Assembly (NCBI GenBank): GCA_024542985.1
Contig: JAMXCX010000001.1
Coordinates: 3,137-67,136, forward strand
Source of the DNA: Candidatus Omnitrophota bacterium
GTDB taxonomy: Bacteria > Omnitrophota > Gorgyraeia > Duberdicusellales > 4484-171
Direction: 5' to 3'
DNA length: 64,000 bases
Shown: piece by piece, positions 27,377 to 36,033 of the stretch
Layout of the letters: every line of letters starts with the position of its first letter
How positions within the stretch are numbered: position 1 is the first letter of the stretch
The notes under the pieces: generated by a model
What the model saw: the letters and a program-made list of their open reading frames with translations, nothing else
Told to the model about the DNA's origin: nothing
The model's database searches: none
Translations under genes and position numbers: made by a program

Positions 27377-28513
27377 CTAATATCTAAGATATCCTTCAAT
27401 AAGAATATCCTCCCCTATTTTTTTTATTTCAATTTTATCCAGATAAGGCGAAATACCCGGCGAGGTGAAACCTTTTGCTCCCACTGAGGTAAGCGCACTC
27501 TTCCCGCCGATAATTTTAGGCGAAATAAAAAAATAAGCTTTATCGATTAGTTTTCTTTTAAAAAAACGCCCCAGAGTGTCAGAACCACCTTCAATAAACA
27601 CCGACATTATTCCCAGTTTATAGAGTATTTTCAAAATATTTCTTAACGGTAACTCACCTTTGGTTTCTTTTAAAAAAATCAATTTCACAGCTTTGGGAAT
27701 ATTATCCAGTTTATTTCTGTTTTTATAAGAAGAAAAAATTATCAATTTATGAGGGTTTGTTTTAAAAAGATAATGGCTTGGCGGTAAATTTAATTGTGAT
27801 GAGATTACTATCTTGTATGGTATTTTCCTCAAACCGTTAAGGTGAGGATTGTCTTTTATGAAAGTATTAGCCCCTACTAATACACTGTCATATTTATCTC
27901 TCAAAGAGAGTACCAGCTTTCTGGATTTAGCTGTCGTAATCCACTTTGACAATCCTTTTACGGTGGCAATTTTTCCATCTAGGCTTTGGGCAACTTTAAC
28001 AACTACAAAAGGCATTTTATATTTCATATTTTTAAAAAATACTTCATTTAGCTTCCGGGCTTCATCACGCAGTAAACCCACATCTACTTTAATGCCTGCC
28101 TTTTTTAGTTTGCGAACTGATTTTCCTTTTACTGTCGGATTGGGGTCGAGAGTAGATATAACTACCCTTTTAATTTTATTCTTAATTATCTGATCAACAC
28201 AGGGAGGGGTTCTTCCAAAATGCGAGCAGGGCTCTAAATTCACATAGAGAGTTGAACCGCAAAGATGTTTTTGTTTAGTTTTATGAATAGCTTCTATTTC
28301 TGCATGAGCTAATCCGCATCTTTTATGGTAACCTCCGGCTATAATTTTATTATCTTTAACAATAAGTGCGCCTACTAAAGGATTCGGTGAAGTAAAAGCC
28401 TGGCCCTTTTTAGCAAGTAGAAATGTTTTCTGTATAAACTGGCTATCTAAAACGGCAGGGAGCTTCATTAATTTCCGACTCTCACAAGATAATCTTTCAT
28501 CTCCTGTACCCAA
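27377..28513 (-). CDS. ribD: bifunctional riboflavin biosynthesis deaminase/reductase RibD
   Basis: HAEIEAI...LYVNLEPCSHFGRTPPC deaminase zinc motif plus C-terminal reductase domain. Confidence 0.85.
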   Translation of the reverse strand: MGTGDERLSCESRKLMKLPAVLDSQFIQKTFLLAKKGQAFTSPNPLVGALIVKDNKIIAGGYHKRCGLAHAEIEAIHKTKQKHLCGSTLYVNLEPCSHFGRTPPCVDQIIKNKIKRVVISTLDPNPTVKGKSVRKLKKAGIKVDVGLLRDEARKLNEVFFKNMKYKMPFVVVKVAQSLDGKIATVKGLSKWITTAKSRKLVLSLRDKYDSVLVGANTFIKDNPHLNGLRKIPYKIVISSQLNLPPSHYLFKTNPHKLIIFSSYKNRNKLDNIPKAVKLIFLKETKGELPLRNILKILYKLGIMSVFIEGGSDTLGRFFKRKLIDKAYFFISPKIIGGKSALTSVGAKGFTSPGISPYLDKIEIKKIGEDILIEGYLRY

Positions 28514-29313
28514 TCATAAGGAATAGTTATCCCGCCTACCTCTATGAACTCTTTATAGCTGCCATGGGCATCGGAACCGCCACTCCTTAAAAGCCCTGAC
28601 TCAATAGCCATATTGGTGTAAAGTGACCTTTTAGCTTGAGACATATTGTGATAAGTTAGCTCCAGGCCATCAATGCCCAGCGATATAAACTCCCCTATCC
28701 AGGACTGATCGGGAATCATATGAGGATGAGCCAATATAGCGACGCCTCGATACTTCTTAATAAGACCTATGGCTTCCTGGGCTGAATATTTAGTACGAAC
28801 CTTATAGGCCGGCTTTCCCGGGGAAATATACTTTTTAAAAGCCTCCCGCAAAGAATTAACTTTCCCCTTTTGCAGAAGGTATAAGGCTAGGTGCAATCTT
28901 GTAGGTATGGCTTCTTTTATTATACAAAATAACTCTTTTTCATCAACCTCAACGCCTAAACAATTTAGCTTCCTCGTCATCCACAGAAGCCTTTCTTTTC
29001 TTAATTCTCTTACCTGCTTGAGTTCGGTACGGAGACTTTGATCGTCAATATCAATAAAATATCCCAGAATGTGCACCTCACAATCCTTATACTGGGCGCT
29101 TAGCTCAATACCTTCAATTAGTTCAATATCATAAATCTTACTATAAAGGCGTGCTTTAGCTACTCCTTCGATGGTATCATGATCAGTAATAGCAATACAT
29201 CTTAAATTTTTCTGGCGGGCTTGCCTAAAAATACTTTCTAAAGAAGCGTCACTATCAGAAAAATCAGAATGAATATGCAAGTCGCAAACACCCTGGGTAT
29301 CTTGGTTCATCAA
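28468..29313 (-). CDS. PHP domain phosphoesterase
   Basis: CDLHIHSDFSDSDASLE...AITDHDTIEG PHP N-terminal His motif. Confidence 0.7.
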   Translation of the reverse strand: MMNQDTQGVCDLHIHSDFSDSDASLESIFRQARQKNLRCIAITDHDTIEGVAKARLYSKIYDIELIEGIELSAQYKDCEVHILGYFIDIDDQSLRTELKQVRELRKERLLWMTRKLNCLGVEVDEKELFCIIKEAIPTRLHLALYLLQKGKVNSLREAFKKYISPGKPAYKVRTKYSAQEAIGLIKKYRGVAILAHPHMIPDQSWIGEFISLGIDGLELTYHNMSQAKRSLYTNMAIESGLLRSGGSDAHGSYKEFIEVGGITIPYDWVQEMKDYLVRVGN

Positions 29314-29723
29314 TCCTTTTTACACTCCATTTTATATATCTTATCCAGTATGCCATTAACAAAACGCGGTGAATCTATATCTCCAAAGCACTTTGCCAGT
29401 TCAATAGCCTCGTTAATAGATACCTTAGGAGGAATGTCATCTAAAAAAATCAGCTCAAAACAGGCCATGCGCAAAATATTACGGTCGATAACAGCCATTC
29501 TTTCGATTCCCCAATTTTTTGCGTGTTTTCTTATCGAAGAATCAATCAACTCTTTATTGGTTAAGACTCCTTCTATCAAAAAGGATGAAAAATCAATTAT
29601 TTCTTTTTGGCTTGGCGTCCTCTCGAAATGATTTTGGATGGTTTGACGGAAATCAGATTTAGTGAGCTCTATCTGATAAAGAAGACATAAAGCAACTTCT
29701 CTTGCTTTTGATCTCAGCCTCAT
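29310..29723 (-). CDS. nusB: transcription antitermination factor NusB
   Basis: RSKAREVALCLLYQIEL...; position inside rib cluster as in many bacteria. Confidence 0.8.
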   Translation of the reverse strand: MRLRSKAREVALCLLYQIELTKSDFRQTIQNHFERTPSQKEIIDFSSFLIEGVLTNKELIDSSIRKHAKNWGIERMAVIDRNILRMACFELIFLDDIPPKVSINEAIELAKCFGDIDSPRFVNGILDKIYKMECKKD

Positions 29724-29840
29724 ATTGTCATAGATTAAGGCAACTACAAACTCACTTTAGTGATGAGTTCATCTCTTAAAAAACATTATTTCAAATATCA
29801 CGCACAAGATAAAATACCGCCTAAAAATCAATATTCTTTG

Positions 29841-30299
29841 CTAAATTTGTGAATAAACGCTGGCCATCTCTAAAGCGAAAAGGGCTGCGTCTCTTCCTTT
29901 ATTGCCTTGTTTTGTACCTGACCTTTCAACTGCTTGGTCAACACTGTCAGCAGTAATAACCCCAAAAATAACCGGGATCTTTTTATCCTGCGAGATACGC
30001 GCAATCCCTTTCGAAACCTCTGAAGCAATATATTCAAAATGAGGCGTATCGCCTCTTATAATCGCACCCAAGGCAATAATAGCATTTAATTTCCCTGTAT
30101 CCAGTTTACTTAAAACCTGGGGTATTTCAAAAGAACCGGGAGTCCAAATGACAAGAATATTTTCACTTAAAACTCCTGATTTATCCAAAGTATCCAAACA
30201 CCCTTGCAGTAATTGGGTGCTGATAAATTCGTTAAACCTAGAAACGACAACGGCTATTTTTTTATCTTTACCGCTAAAATTCCCTCTTATTTCTTTCAT
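29841..30299 (-). CDS. ribH: 6,7-dimethyl-8-ribityllumazine synthase
   Basis: KIAVVVSRFNEFIS...GAIIRGDTPHFEY. Confidence 0.9.
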   Translation of the reverse strand: MKEIRGNFSGKDKKIAVVVSRFNEFISTQLLQGCLDTLDKSGVLSENILVIWTPGSFEIPQVLSKLDTGKLNAIIALGAIIRGDTPHFEYIASEVSKGIARISQDKKIPVIFGVITADSVDQAVERSGTKQGNKGRDAALFALEMASVYSQI

Positions 30300-30330
30300 A
30301 TGGCTCCTCCTTCAAGATTAAGGAATTACT

Positions 30331-31518
30331 CTATAATATGTGATCCATTTTCGCTTTTTTGGTCTGTAAATAATACTCGTTGTCAGAAGATGCCTCTATT
30401 TTTATAGGCACCCTCTCAACAATTTCCAAGCCATAGCCTTCCAAACCAATAATTTTTTTGGGGTTATTAGTAAGAAGTTTCAATTTCTTAACTCCTAAAT
30501 CTACAAGTATTTGGGCCCCTATTCCGTAATCGCGCAAGTCAGCTGCAAAGCCCAACATTTCATTAGCCTGAACTGTATCAACGCCTTTTTCCTGCAAACC
30601 ATAGGCTTTAATTTTATTCTTAAGCCCTATGCCCCTGCCTTCCTGACGCATATATAAAAGCACTCCGCCGAACTTAGCAATTATTTCCAAAGACTTCTTC
30701 AGCTGCTTGCCGCAATCACAGCGGCATGATAAAAAGGTATCACCGGTAAGACACTCTGAATGCACTCTTACAAAAACTGCCCTTTCTTTTAAGTCGCCTT
30801 TTACTAAAGCGATATGCTCACTGCCATCAATAATAAATTCATAAAGATAAAAATCAAATTCTCCATATTCAGTAGGAAGCACTATTTTTTCACTTCGAGC
30901 TATGAGCCTTTCTTTCTTTCTACGGTACTCAATCAAAGAAGCTATAGTACAAATTTTCAAATTATATTTTTTGGAAAAATCTATCAAGTCCGGCAAGCGG
31001 GCCATCAAGCCGTCTTTTTTTATAATTTCACAGATAATCCCTCCTGGATAAAGACCGGCTAGCCTTGCTAAATCAACGACTGCCTCAGTATGGCCTGCCC
31101 TCACCAAAACTCCTCCCTCTTTTGCTTCTAAGGGAAAAACGTGTCCGGGCTTGATTAAATCTTTAGGCTTAGCTTTGGGGTTTATCAGAATCTCAACAGT
31201 CCTAGCCCGGTCAAAAGCAGATATCCCCGTAGTAATTCCGCTTGCTGCATCAACAGATACTCTCCAGGCAGTCTTAAAGGGATCTTTTGTACCCCGATAA
31301 TGCATCGGCTCAAGCTGCAACTCTTCTATGCGCTTTCTGGGTAAAGGAACACATACCAATCCTTTCCCTTCAGTAATCATAAAATTTATCACCTGAGGAG
31401 TCGCAAATTGGGCGGCAACTACCAAATCGCCTTCGTTTTCTCTCCCTTCATCATCAACAACAATGAGAGGTTTTCCTTTTTTTATCTCCTCAAGAATTTC
31501 TTCAATTCGACTAAACAT
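30331..31518 (-). CDS. ribBA: bifunctional 3,4-dihydroxy-2-butanone-4-phosphate synthase / GTP cyclohydrolase II
   Basis: [12 protein letters not shown] (DHBP synthase) and CxxxxxxxCDC zinc motif of GTP cyclohydrolase II ([15 protein letters not shown]). Confidence 0.9.
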   Translation of the reverse strand: MFSRIEEILEEIKKGKPLIVVDDEGRENEGDLVVAAQFATPQVINFMITEGKGLVCVPLPRKRIEELQLEPMHYRGTKDPFKTAWRVSVDAASGITTGISAFDRARTVEILINPKAKPKDLIKPGHVFPLEAKEGGVLVRAGHTEAVVDLARLAGLYPGGIICEIIKKDGLMARLPDLIDFSKKYNLKICTIASLIEYRRKKERLIARSEKIVLPTEYGEFDFYLYEFIIDGSEHIALVKGDLKERAVFVRVHSECLTGDTFLSCRCDCGKQLKKSLEIIAKFGGVLLYMRQEGRGIGLKNKIKAYGLQEKGVDTVQANEMLGFAADLRDYGIGAQILVDLGVKKLKLLTNNPKKIIGLEGYGLEIVERVPIKIEASSDNEYYLQTKKAKMDHIL

Positions 31519-31840
31519 ATTTGCTTTAATAAATAGACGATTTATGAGACGAAAGTATCACCTAAATCGTAGGCCAAAGGCCGTTTGCAAATTGACCCCA
31601 AGCCTTATCTTGTCCAGGATGACCGGCTAAAAGGTATGGGATAAATTCAACTGCAGACCCGCCAAAACGGGACTAAATTTCATTTCAAATAACTTAACGC
31701 ATATACCAATAATTGTCAAGATTTTTAAAAATTACCCTTTTTGTTGGCTTATTTAGATAAACTAAAAAAACAGCTATAAAATTATACTGATTTAACCTGA
31801 AGGGTGACTAAGGATCAATCTTGGATGAAAAGTAGCAGCT

Positions 31841-32245
31841 TTATCGTTTAGTCCACTGGAACCTACGGCGGGCACCTTTACGGCCATATTTCTTTCTTTC
31901 TTTGGCGCGAGGGTCACGGGTAAGTAAATCTTCTCTTCTAAACACAACTCTCAAATTAGGATTCCATTCAACCAGACATCTAGAAATTCCTAAGCTTATT
32001 GCTCCAGCCTGGCCGTTTGTTCCTCCACCACTTACATTGGCAAAAACATCTATTTTACCTTCTAATTCACTTGCTAAAAGAGGCTTTCTAATTTGCGTCT
32101 GACTATCAATAGTAGAGAAATAACTCTTGCAATCTTTGCCGTTAACAACGAATTTGCCTTTTCCTTCGGCAACGACTCGAATCCTGGCAACCGCTTTTTT
32201 CCTTCGGCCGGTAGCAGCAAATATCTTTTTTATTTTTTCTGCCAT
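31841..32245 (-). CDS. rpsI: 30S ribosomal protein S9
   Basis: 134 aa; ATGRRKKAVARI...; downstream of rplM. Confidence 0.9.
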   Translation of the reverse strand: MAEKIKKIFAATGRRKKAVARIRVVAEGKGKFVVNGKDCKSYFSTIDSQTQIRKPLLASELEGKIDVFANVSGGGTNGQAGAISLGISRCLVEWNPNLRVVFRREDLLTRDPRAKERKKYGRKGARRRFQWTKR

Positions 32246-32247
32246 AA

Positions 32248-32673
32248 CTAAATACTCATTGCCTCCGGCTTCTGGGCCTGATGCTTATGTCCGCCTTCAG
32301 GGTATATTTTTAAAGACTTAAACATTGCTCTTCCCAAATTGCTTTTAGGGAGCATACCTTTAACCGCTGCGGCAAGAATAGAGATAGGATTTTTACCCAT
32401 CAATAGCTTAAGGCTTATTTCTTTACGCCCGCTAGGATAACCAGTATATTTGTCATAAATTTTGCTATCGTATTTATTTGCCGTAAGCTTAACATATTTT
32501 GCATTGGTAACTATAACCCTATCTCCACACAAAAAATTAGGGGTGTAGGTTGCCTTATTTTTCCCTTGCAAAATCCTTGCTATGCGGGTAGCTAATCTGC
32601 CTAAAACCTTATCTTTGGCATCAACCAGAACCCATTTTCTCTCTACTTGGTTAAAAAACTTTGTCGTTTTCAT
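32248..32673 (-). CDS. rplM: 50S ribosomal protein L13
   Basis: WVLVDAKDKVLGRLATRIARIL. Confidence 0.9.
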   Translation of the reverse strand: MKTTKFFNQVERKWVLVDAKDKVLGRLATRIARILQGKNKATYTPNFLCGDRVIVTNAKYVKLTANKYDSKIYDKYTGYPSGRKEISLKLLMGKNPISILAAAVKGMLPKSNLGRAMFKSLKIYPEGGHKHQAQKPEAMSI

Positions 32674-32758
32674 TTTAAAAATATACTGATTTTGTTATAT
32701 TTTTGCTCCTCTGCCGATAAGAGTTAGCTCCTATGTAAGGGCTTTTTATATCATATTT

Positions 32759-33487
32759 TCAAATATTGTCAATGTTTAAATATTCTTTTGCCTCTGAAAG
32801 CTTTATCCTGCCTTCATACAAGGCTTTGCCTACAATAACTCCCCAAATAAAAGGGAAATTTTTCTCTACCAGCTTGAGGTCATCTAAAGAAGCTACGCCT
32901 CCGGCAAGAATAATATTCATTCCCTCAAATAGCTTTAATTTTTTAGTTTCTTTACAGTCTAAACCTTCCAGTGTTCCGTCCCGGGATATATCAGTATAAA
33001 TTATCCACTTAATCATTTTAAGCTGCAGGTAAGCAATAAAATCAAGGCCGCTAAAATCAGTTTTCTTCTTCCAACCTTCTACTGCCATCAAGGAGTCAAT
33101 CACATCTACGCCTACTGCGATTTTCTCACTGTCTATTTCCTTTGTTAGCCTATTTAAAAAATCCTCATCTAACCCTTTAGTGCCGATTATTACTCTTTGA
33201 GCACCTAAATCTACTAATTCTTTTGCCTTTTCTAGACTCCTTATGCCTCCTCCTATCTCTATTTTGACTTTTAGCTCTCTAAGAAAAGTCTTTATAATTT
33301 CGAAATTATCTCCCTGGCCCAAAGCAGCAGAAAGATCAACTACGTGAAGCAATTTTGCCCCTTCGTCTTCCCATTTTTTTGCCATTTCCAAGGGATTATT
33401 GCTATAGACTTTAGATTGGGCAGGATCCCCTTTAATCAAACGAACAACATTACCCTGGTATAAATCAATAGCCGGAATTATTAACAT
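32759..33487 (-). CDS. hisA: ProFAR isomerase HisA
   Basis: MLIIPAIDLYQGNVVRL. Confidence 0.85.
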   Translation of the reverse strand: MLIIPAIDLYQGNVVRLIKGDPAQSKVYSNNPLEMAKKWEDEGAKLLHVVDLSAALGQGDNFEIIKTFLRELKVKIEIGGGIRSLEKAKELVDLGAQRVIIGTKGLDEDFLNRLTKEIDSEKIAVGVDVIDSLMAVEGWKKKTDFSGLDFIAYLQLKMIKWIIYTDISRDGTLEGLDCKETKKLKLFEGMNIILAGGVASLDDLKLVEKNFPFIWGVIVGKALYEGRIKLSEAKEYLNIDNI

Positions 33488-34104
33488 AGCTCCAAAAAAT
33501 TATTAAAAAGCTTTAAACCTGACTTTTGGCTTTTTTCAGCGTGAAATTGAACTGCCCAAATATTATCTTTATGAATACTTGATGCAAATTCAACACCGTA
33601 ACCAGTGGTACTCAAAACTACTCGGCTGTCTTTTGGTACACAATAGTAAGAATGCACAAAATAGAAAAAACTCCTATCCGCAAGGCCCTTAAACAATAGA
33701 TTTCTCTTGTTCCGTAACCCGCAATCCCTAATCCGCACTTGGTTCCATCCCATATGAGGAATAATCAAATCCTTTGCTTTGAACTTTTTTATCTCGCCTT
33801 TAATAACATCCAGGCCCTTTACGCCCTTAGCTTCCTGGCTTTGGGAAAATAAAACCTGCATCCCCACACAAATGCCTAAAAAAGGGACCCCTTCTTTTAT
33901 CTTACCCTTCAAAACTGCAAAAAGACTTCTTTTTTTAAGCTCATAAATTGCTTGGCCGAAATGCCCGACACCGGGAAAAATAATTTTTTTTGCCTTTTTC
34001 AAAGTAGCCTTTGAATCAGTAACCACTACTCTTTTTCCCAAAACAAGAGCAGCATTCTGCACACTTTTTAAATTACCCATACCATAGTCAACAACAGCTA
34101 TCAT
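33481..34104 (-). CDS. hisH: imidazole glycerol phosphate synthase glutamine amidotransferase subunit HisH
   Basis: MIAVVDYGMGNLKSV...GICVGMQ. Confidence 0.85.
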   Translation of the reverse strand: MIAVVDYGMGNLKSVQNAALVLGKRVVVTDSKATLKKAKKIIFPGVGHFGQAIYELKKRSLFAVLKGKIKEGVPFLGICVGMQVLFSQSQEAKGVKGLDVIKGEIKKFKAKDLIIPHMGWNQVRIRDCGLRNKRNLLFKGLADRSFFYFVHSYYCVPKDSRVVLSTTGYGVEFASSIHKDNIWAVQFHAEKSQKSGLKLFNNFLELC

Positions 34105-34141
34105 ATTTTTAGACCCTAGACCATAGGCCCTTGTCTATAGT

Positions 34142-34759
34142 CTAATCAATTATTCCTTTAGTTGAAGGAACCCCTTTGCGGCGAGGATCAATTTGAGTGG
34201 CTTGATCAAGAGCCTTACCCATTGCCTTAAAAAGTGCTTCCAGTATGTGATGCAGATCTCCTTCTGCAGATTTTATGATATAAACCAGGCTTATTCCGGC
34301 ATGTTGGGTAAAGGCTTCTAGAAATTCTTCAGCCTGCTTAAAAGTAAAATTTGTATCATCAAAAGTGCCATTTTCTAATATATTAGAAACAGCTTGATAA
34401 TTCTCAACGATTGGCGCTCTACTCAAAGAAGGCCTGCCGCTTATATCAATATTTACTTCAACTACTACTTTATCCATAGTAAGAGAAAATGTCCCATAAC
34501 GGTTAATGCCGGACTTATCACCTAAAGCTTGTTTTAAGGCCTTGCCGAGAGCTATACCTATATCTTCGATTATATGATGAGCCAAATCCCCGGAAGCTTG
34601 TAATTCTAAGTCAAAAAGCCCATGAAAAGAAAATAAAGTGAGTAAGTGATTTAAAGGCTCAAACCCGGTCTTTATTTTAGAATTACCCCGGCCGTCAATA
34701 TTAAATTCTCCTTTTATGTCCACTTCATTTGTTTTTCGTACTATCTCAGCTTTCCTCAT
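34142..34759 (-). CDS. hisB: imidazoleglycerol-phosphate dehydratase
   Basis: HHIIEDIGIALG metal-binding motifs. Confidence 0.85.
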   Translation of the reverse strand: MRKAEIVRKTNEVDIKGEFNIDGRGNSKIKTGFEPLNHLLTLFSFHGLFDLELQASGDLAHHIIEDIGIALGKALKQALGDKSGINRYGTFSLTMDKVVVEVNIDISGRPSLSRAPIVENYQAVSNILENGTFDDTNFTFKQAEEFLEAFTQHAGISLVYIIKSAEGDLHHILEALFKAMGKALDQATQIDPRRKGVPSTKGIID

Positions 34760-34812
34760 GATTTCTCCTAGGATTTAATTTCCTACCCCACTAAGGTGGT
34801 TTGTTTGCCTAA

Positions 34813-36033
34813 TTATCCTGCTAACCTCTTTTTTACGCTTTCGATGTGCTTGGTCATGCCTTCTAAGCTAGCTATTTTTTCTAACACTTGGGCCTCCTCC
34901 TGCAATGCTCTTTTGGTATAACTTATCACATGGACTTCTTTAAGAAAATCCTTTACTGAAAGGCAGGAAAAAAAACGCGCGCTCCCTCCGGTAGGAAGAA
35001 CGTGGCTAGGCCCGGCAGTATAATCACCTAAAGCAACAGGAGTATTTTCGCCTAAAAATATCGCCCCGGCATTCCTTATCTTACTCAAAAGAGCAGCCGG
35101 TTCTTTAGTTAAAATCTCAAGGTGCTCAGGAGCAATCCTGTTTACTACCCGGCAACCCTCGTCTAAATTTCTAACCCGAAGAACTAGACCGGTAACCTTT
35201 TTCTCGCGTAACTCTCTTATGATTTTCCTGGAAGTAGTAACTAAAATCCCTGAGCCATTATGGTGTTCTATCTGTGATTCTAAATCAGATATAATGTAAT
35301 CTAAGTTTGCATCTTTAGAGGCTAAAATAACAATTTCTGAAGGCCCGGCAAGCATATCAATATCAACTTCACCAAAAAGCTGCCGCTTGGCCTCAGTAAC
35401 AAACTCGTTGCCGGGGCCGACAATTTTATCTACCCTCTTGATTGTTTTAGTCCCGTAAGCTAAAGCAGCTATTGCTTGAGAGCCGCCCACCCGGTATATC
35501 TCTTTTATTTTCAACAAAGATGCTATGGCCAGAATAAAAGGGTTTATATCCTTATTTCCACAAGGGGGCGAAGCTAAAACAACTTCTTTTACTCCAGCGA
35601 CTAAAATCGGAATAACCGCCATATAGACTGAAGAAACCAAAGGAGCTGTCCCGGCAGGAACATAAACTCCTACTCTTTCTAAAGGAACGTAGCGAATAGC
35701 AAGAGTTTTCCCGTTGGCTTCCTTTATCCTTGTTGCCTTAGGAATCTGCTGTCTATAGAATTTAGTTACATTATCTATGGCTATCTTAAATGCAGAGATA
35801 ATAGATGAATCCAGTTCGTTAAAGGCTGCGCTTATTTCTGTTTCGCTTATCCGCAGTTCTTTTAAAGATATTTTTACTTTATCAAACTTTTTTGTGTATT
35901 CGACCAAAGCATTATCCCCGTTTTCGCTGACGTTTTTTATGATTTTTGAAACTTTGTCGTGAATCTTATTTTTACGCAGCCGCTTTTTTTGCAGTATCTT
36001 CTCCAAACTGTCTAAATTTCTTACTACTCTCAT
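34813..36033 (-). CDS. hisD: histidinol dehydrogenase
   Basis: 406 aa; conserved HisD core. Confidence 0.9.
   Translation of the reverse strand: MRVVRNLDSLEKILQKKRLRKNKIHDKVSKIIKNVSENGDNALVEYTKKFDKVKISLKELRISETEISAAFNELDSSIISAFKIAIDNVTKFYRQQIPKATRIKEANGKTLAIRYVPLERVGVYVPAGTAPLVSSVYMAVIPILVAGVKEVVLASPPCGNKDINPFILAIASLLKIKEIYRVGGSQAIAALAYGTKTIKRVDKIVGPGNEFVTEAKRQLFGEVDIDMLAGPSEIVILASKDANLDYIISDLESQIEHHNGSGILVTTSRKIIRELREKKVTGLVLRVRNLDEGCRVVNRIAPEHLEILTKEPAALLSKIRNAGAIFLGENTPVALGDYTAGPSHVLPTGGSARFFSCLSVKDFLKEVHVISYTKRALQEEAQVLEKIASLEGMTKHIESVKKRLAG

Noticed and set aside
31519-31700. FMN riboswitch upstream of ribBA
   Set aside because: Partial resemblances on the wrong strand (GUCCAGGAUGACCGGC) do not reproduce the RFN core. 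I could not support a call without a covariance-model search.
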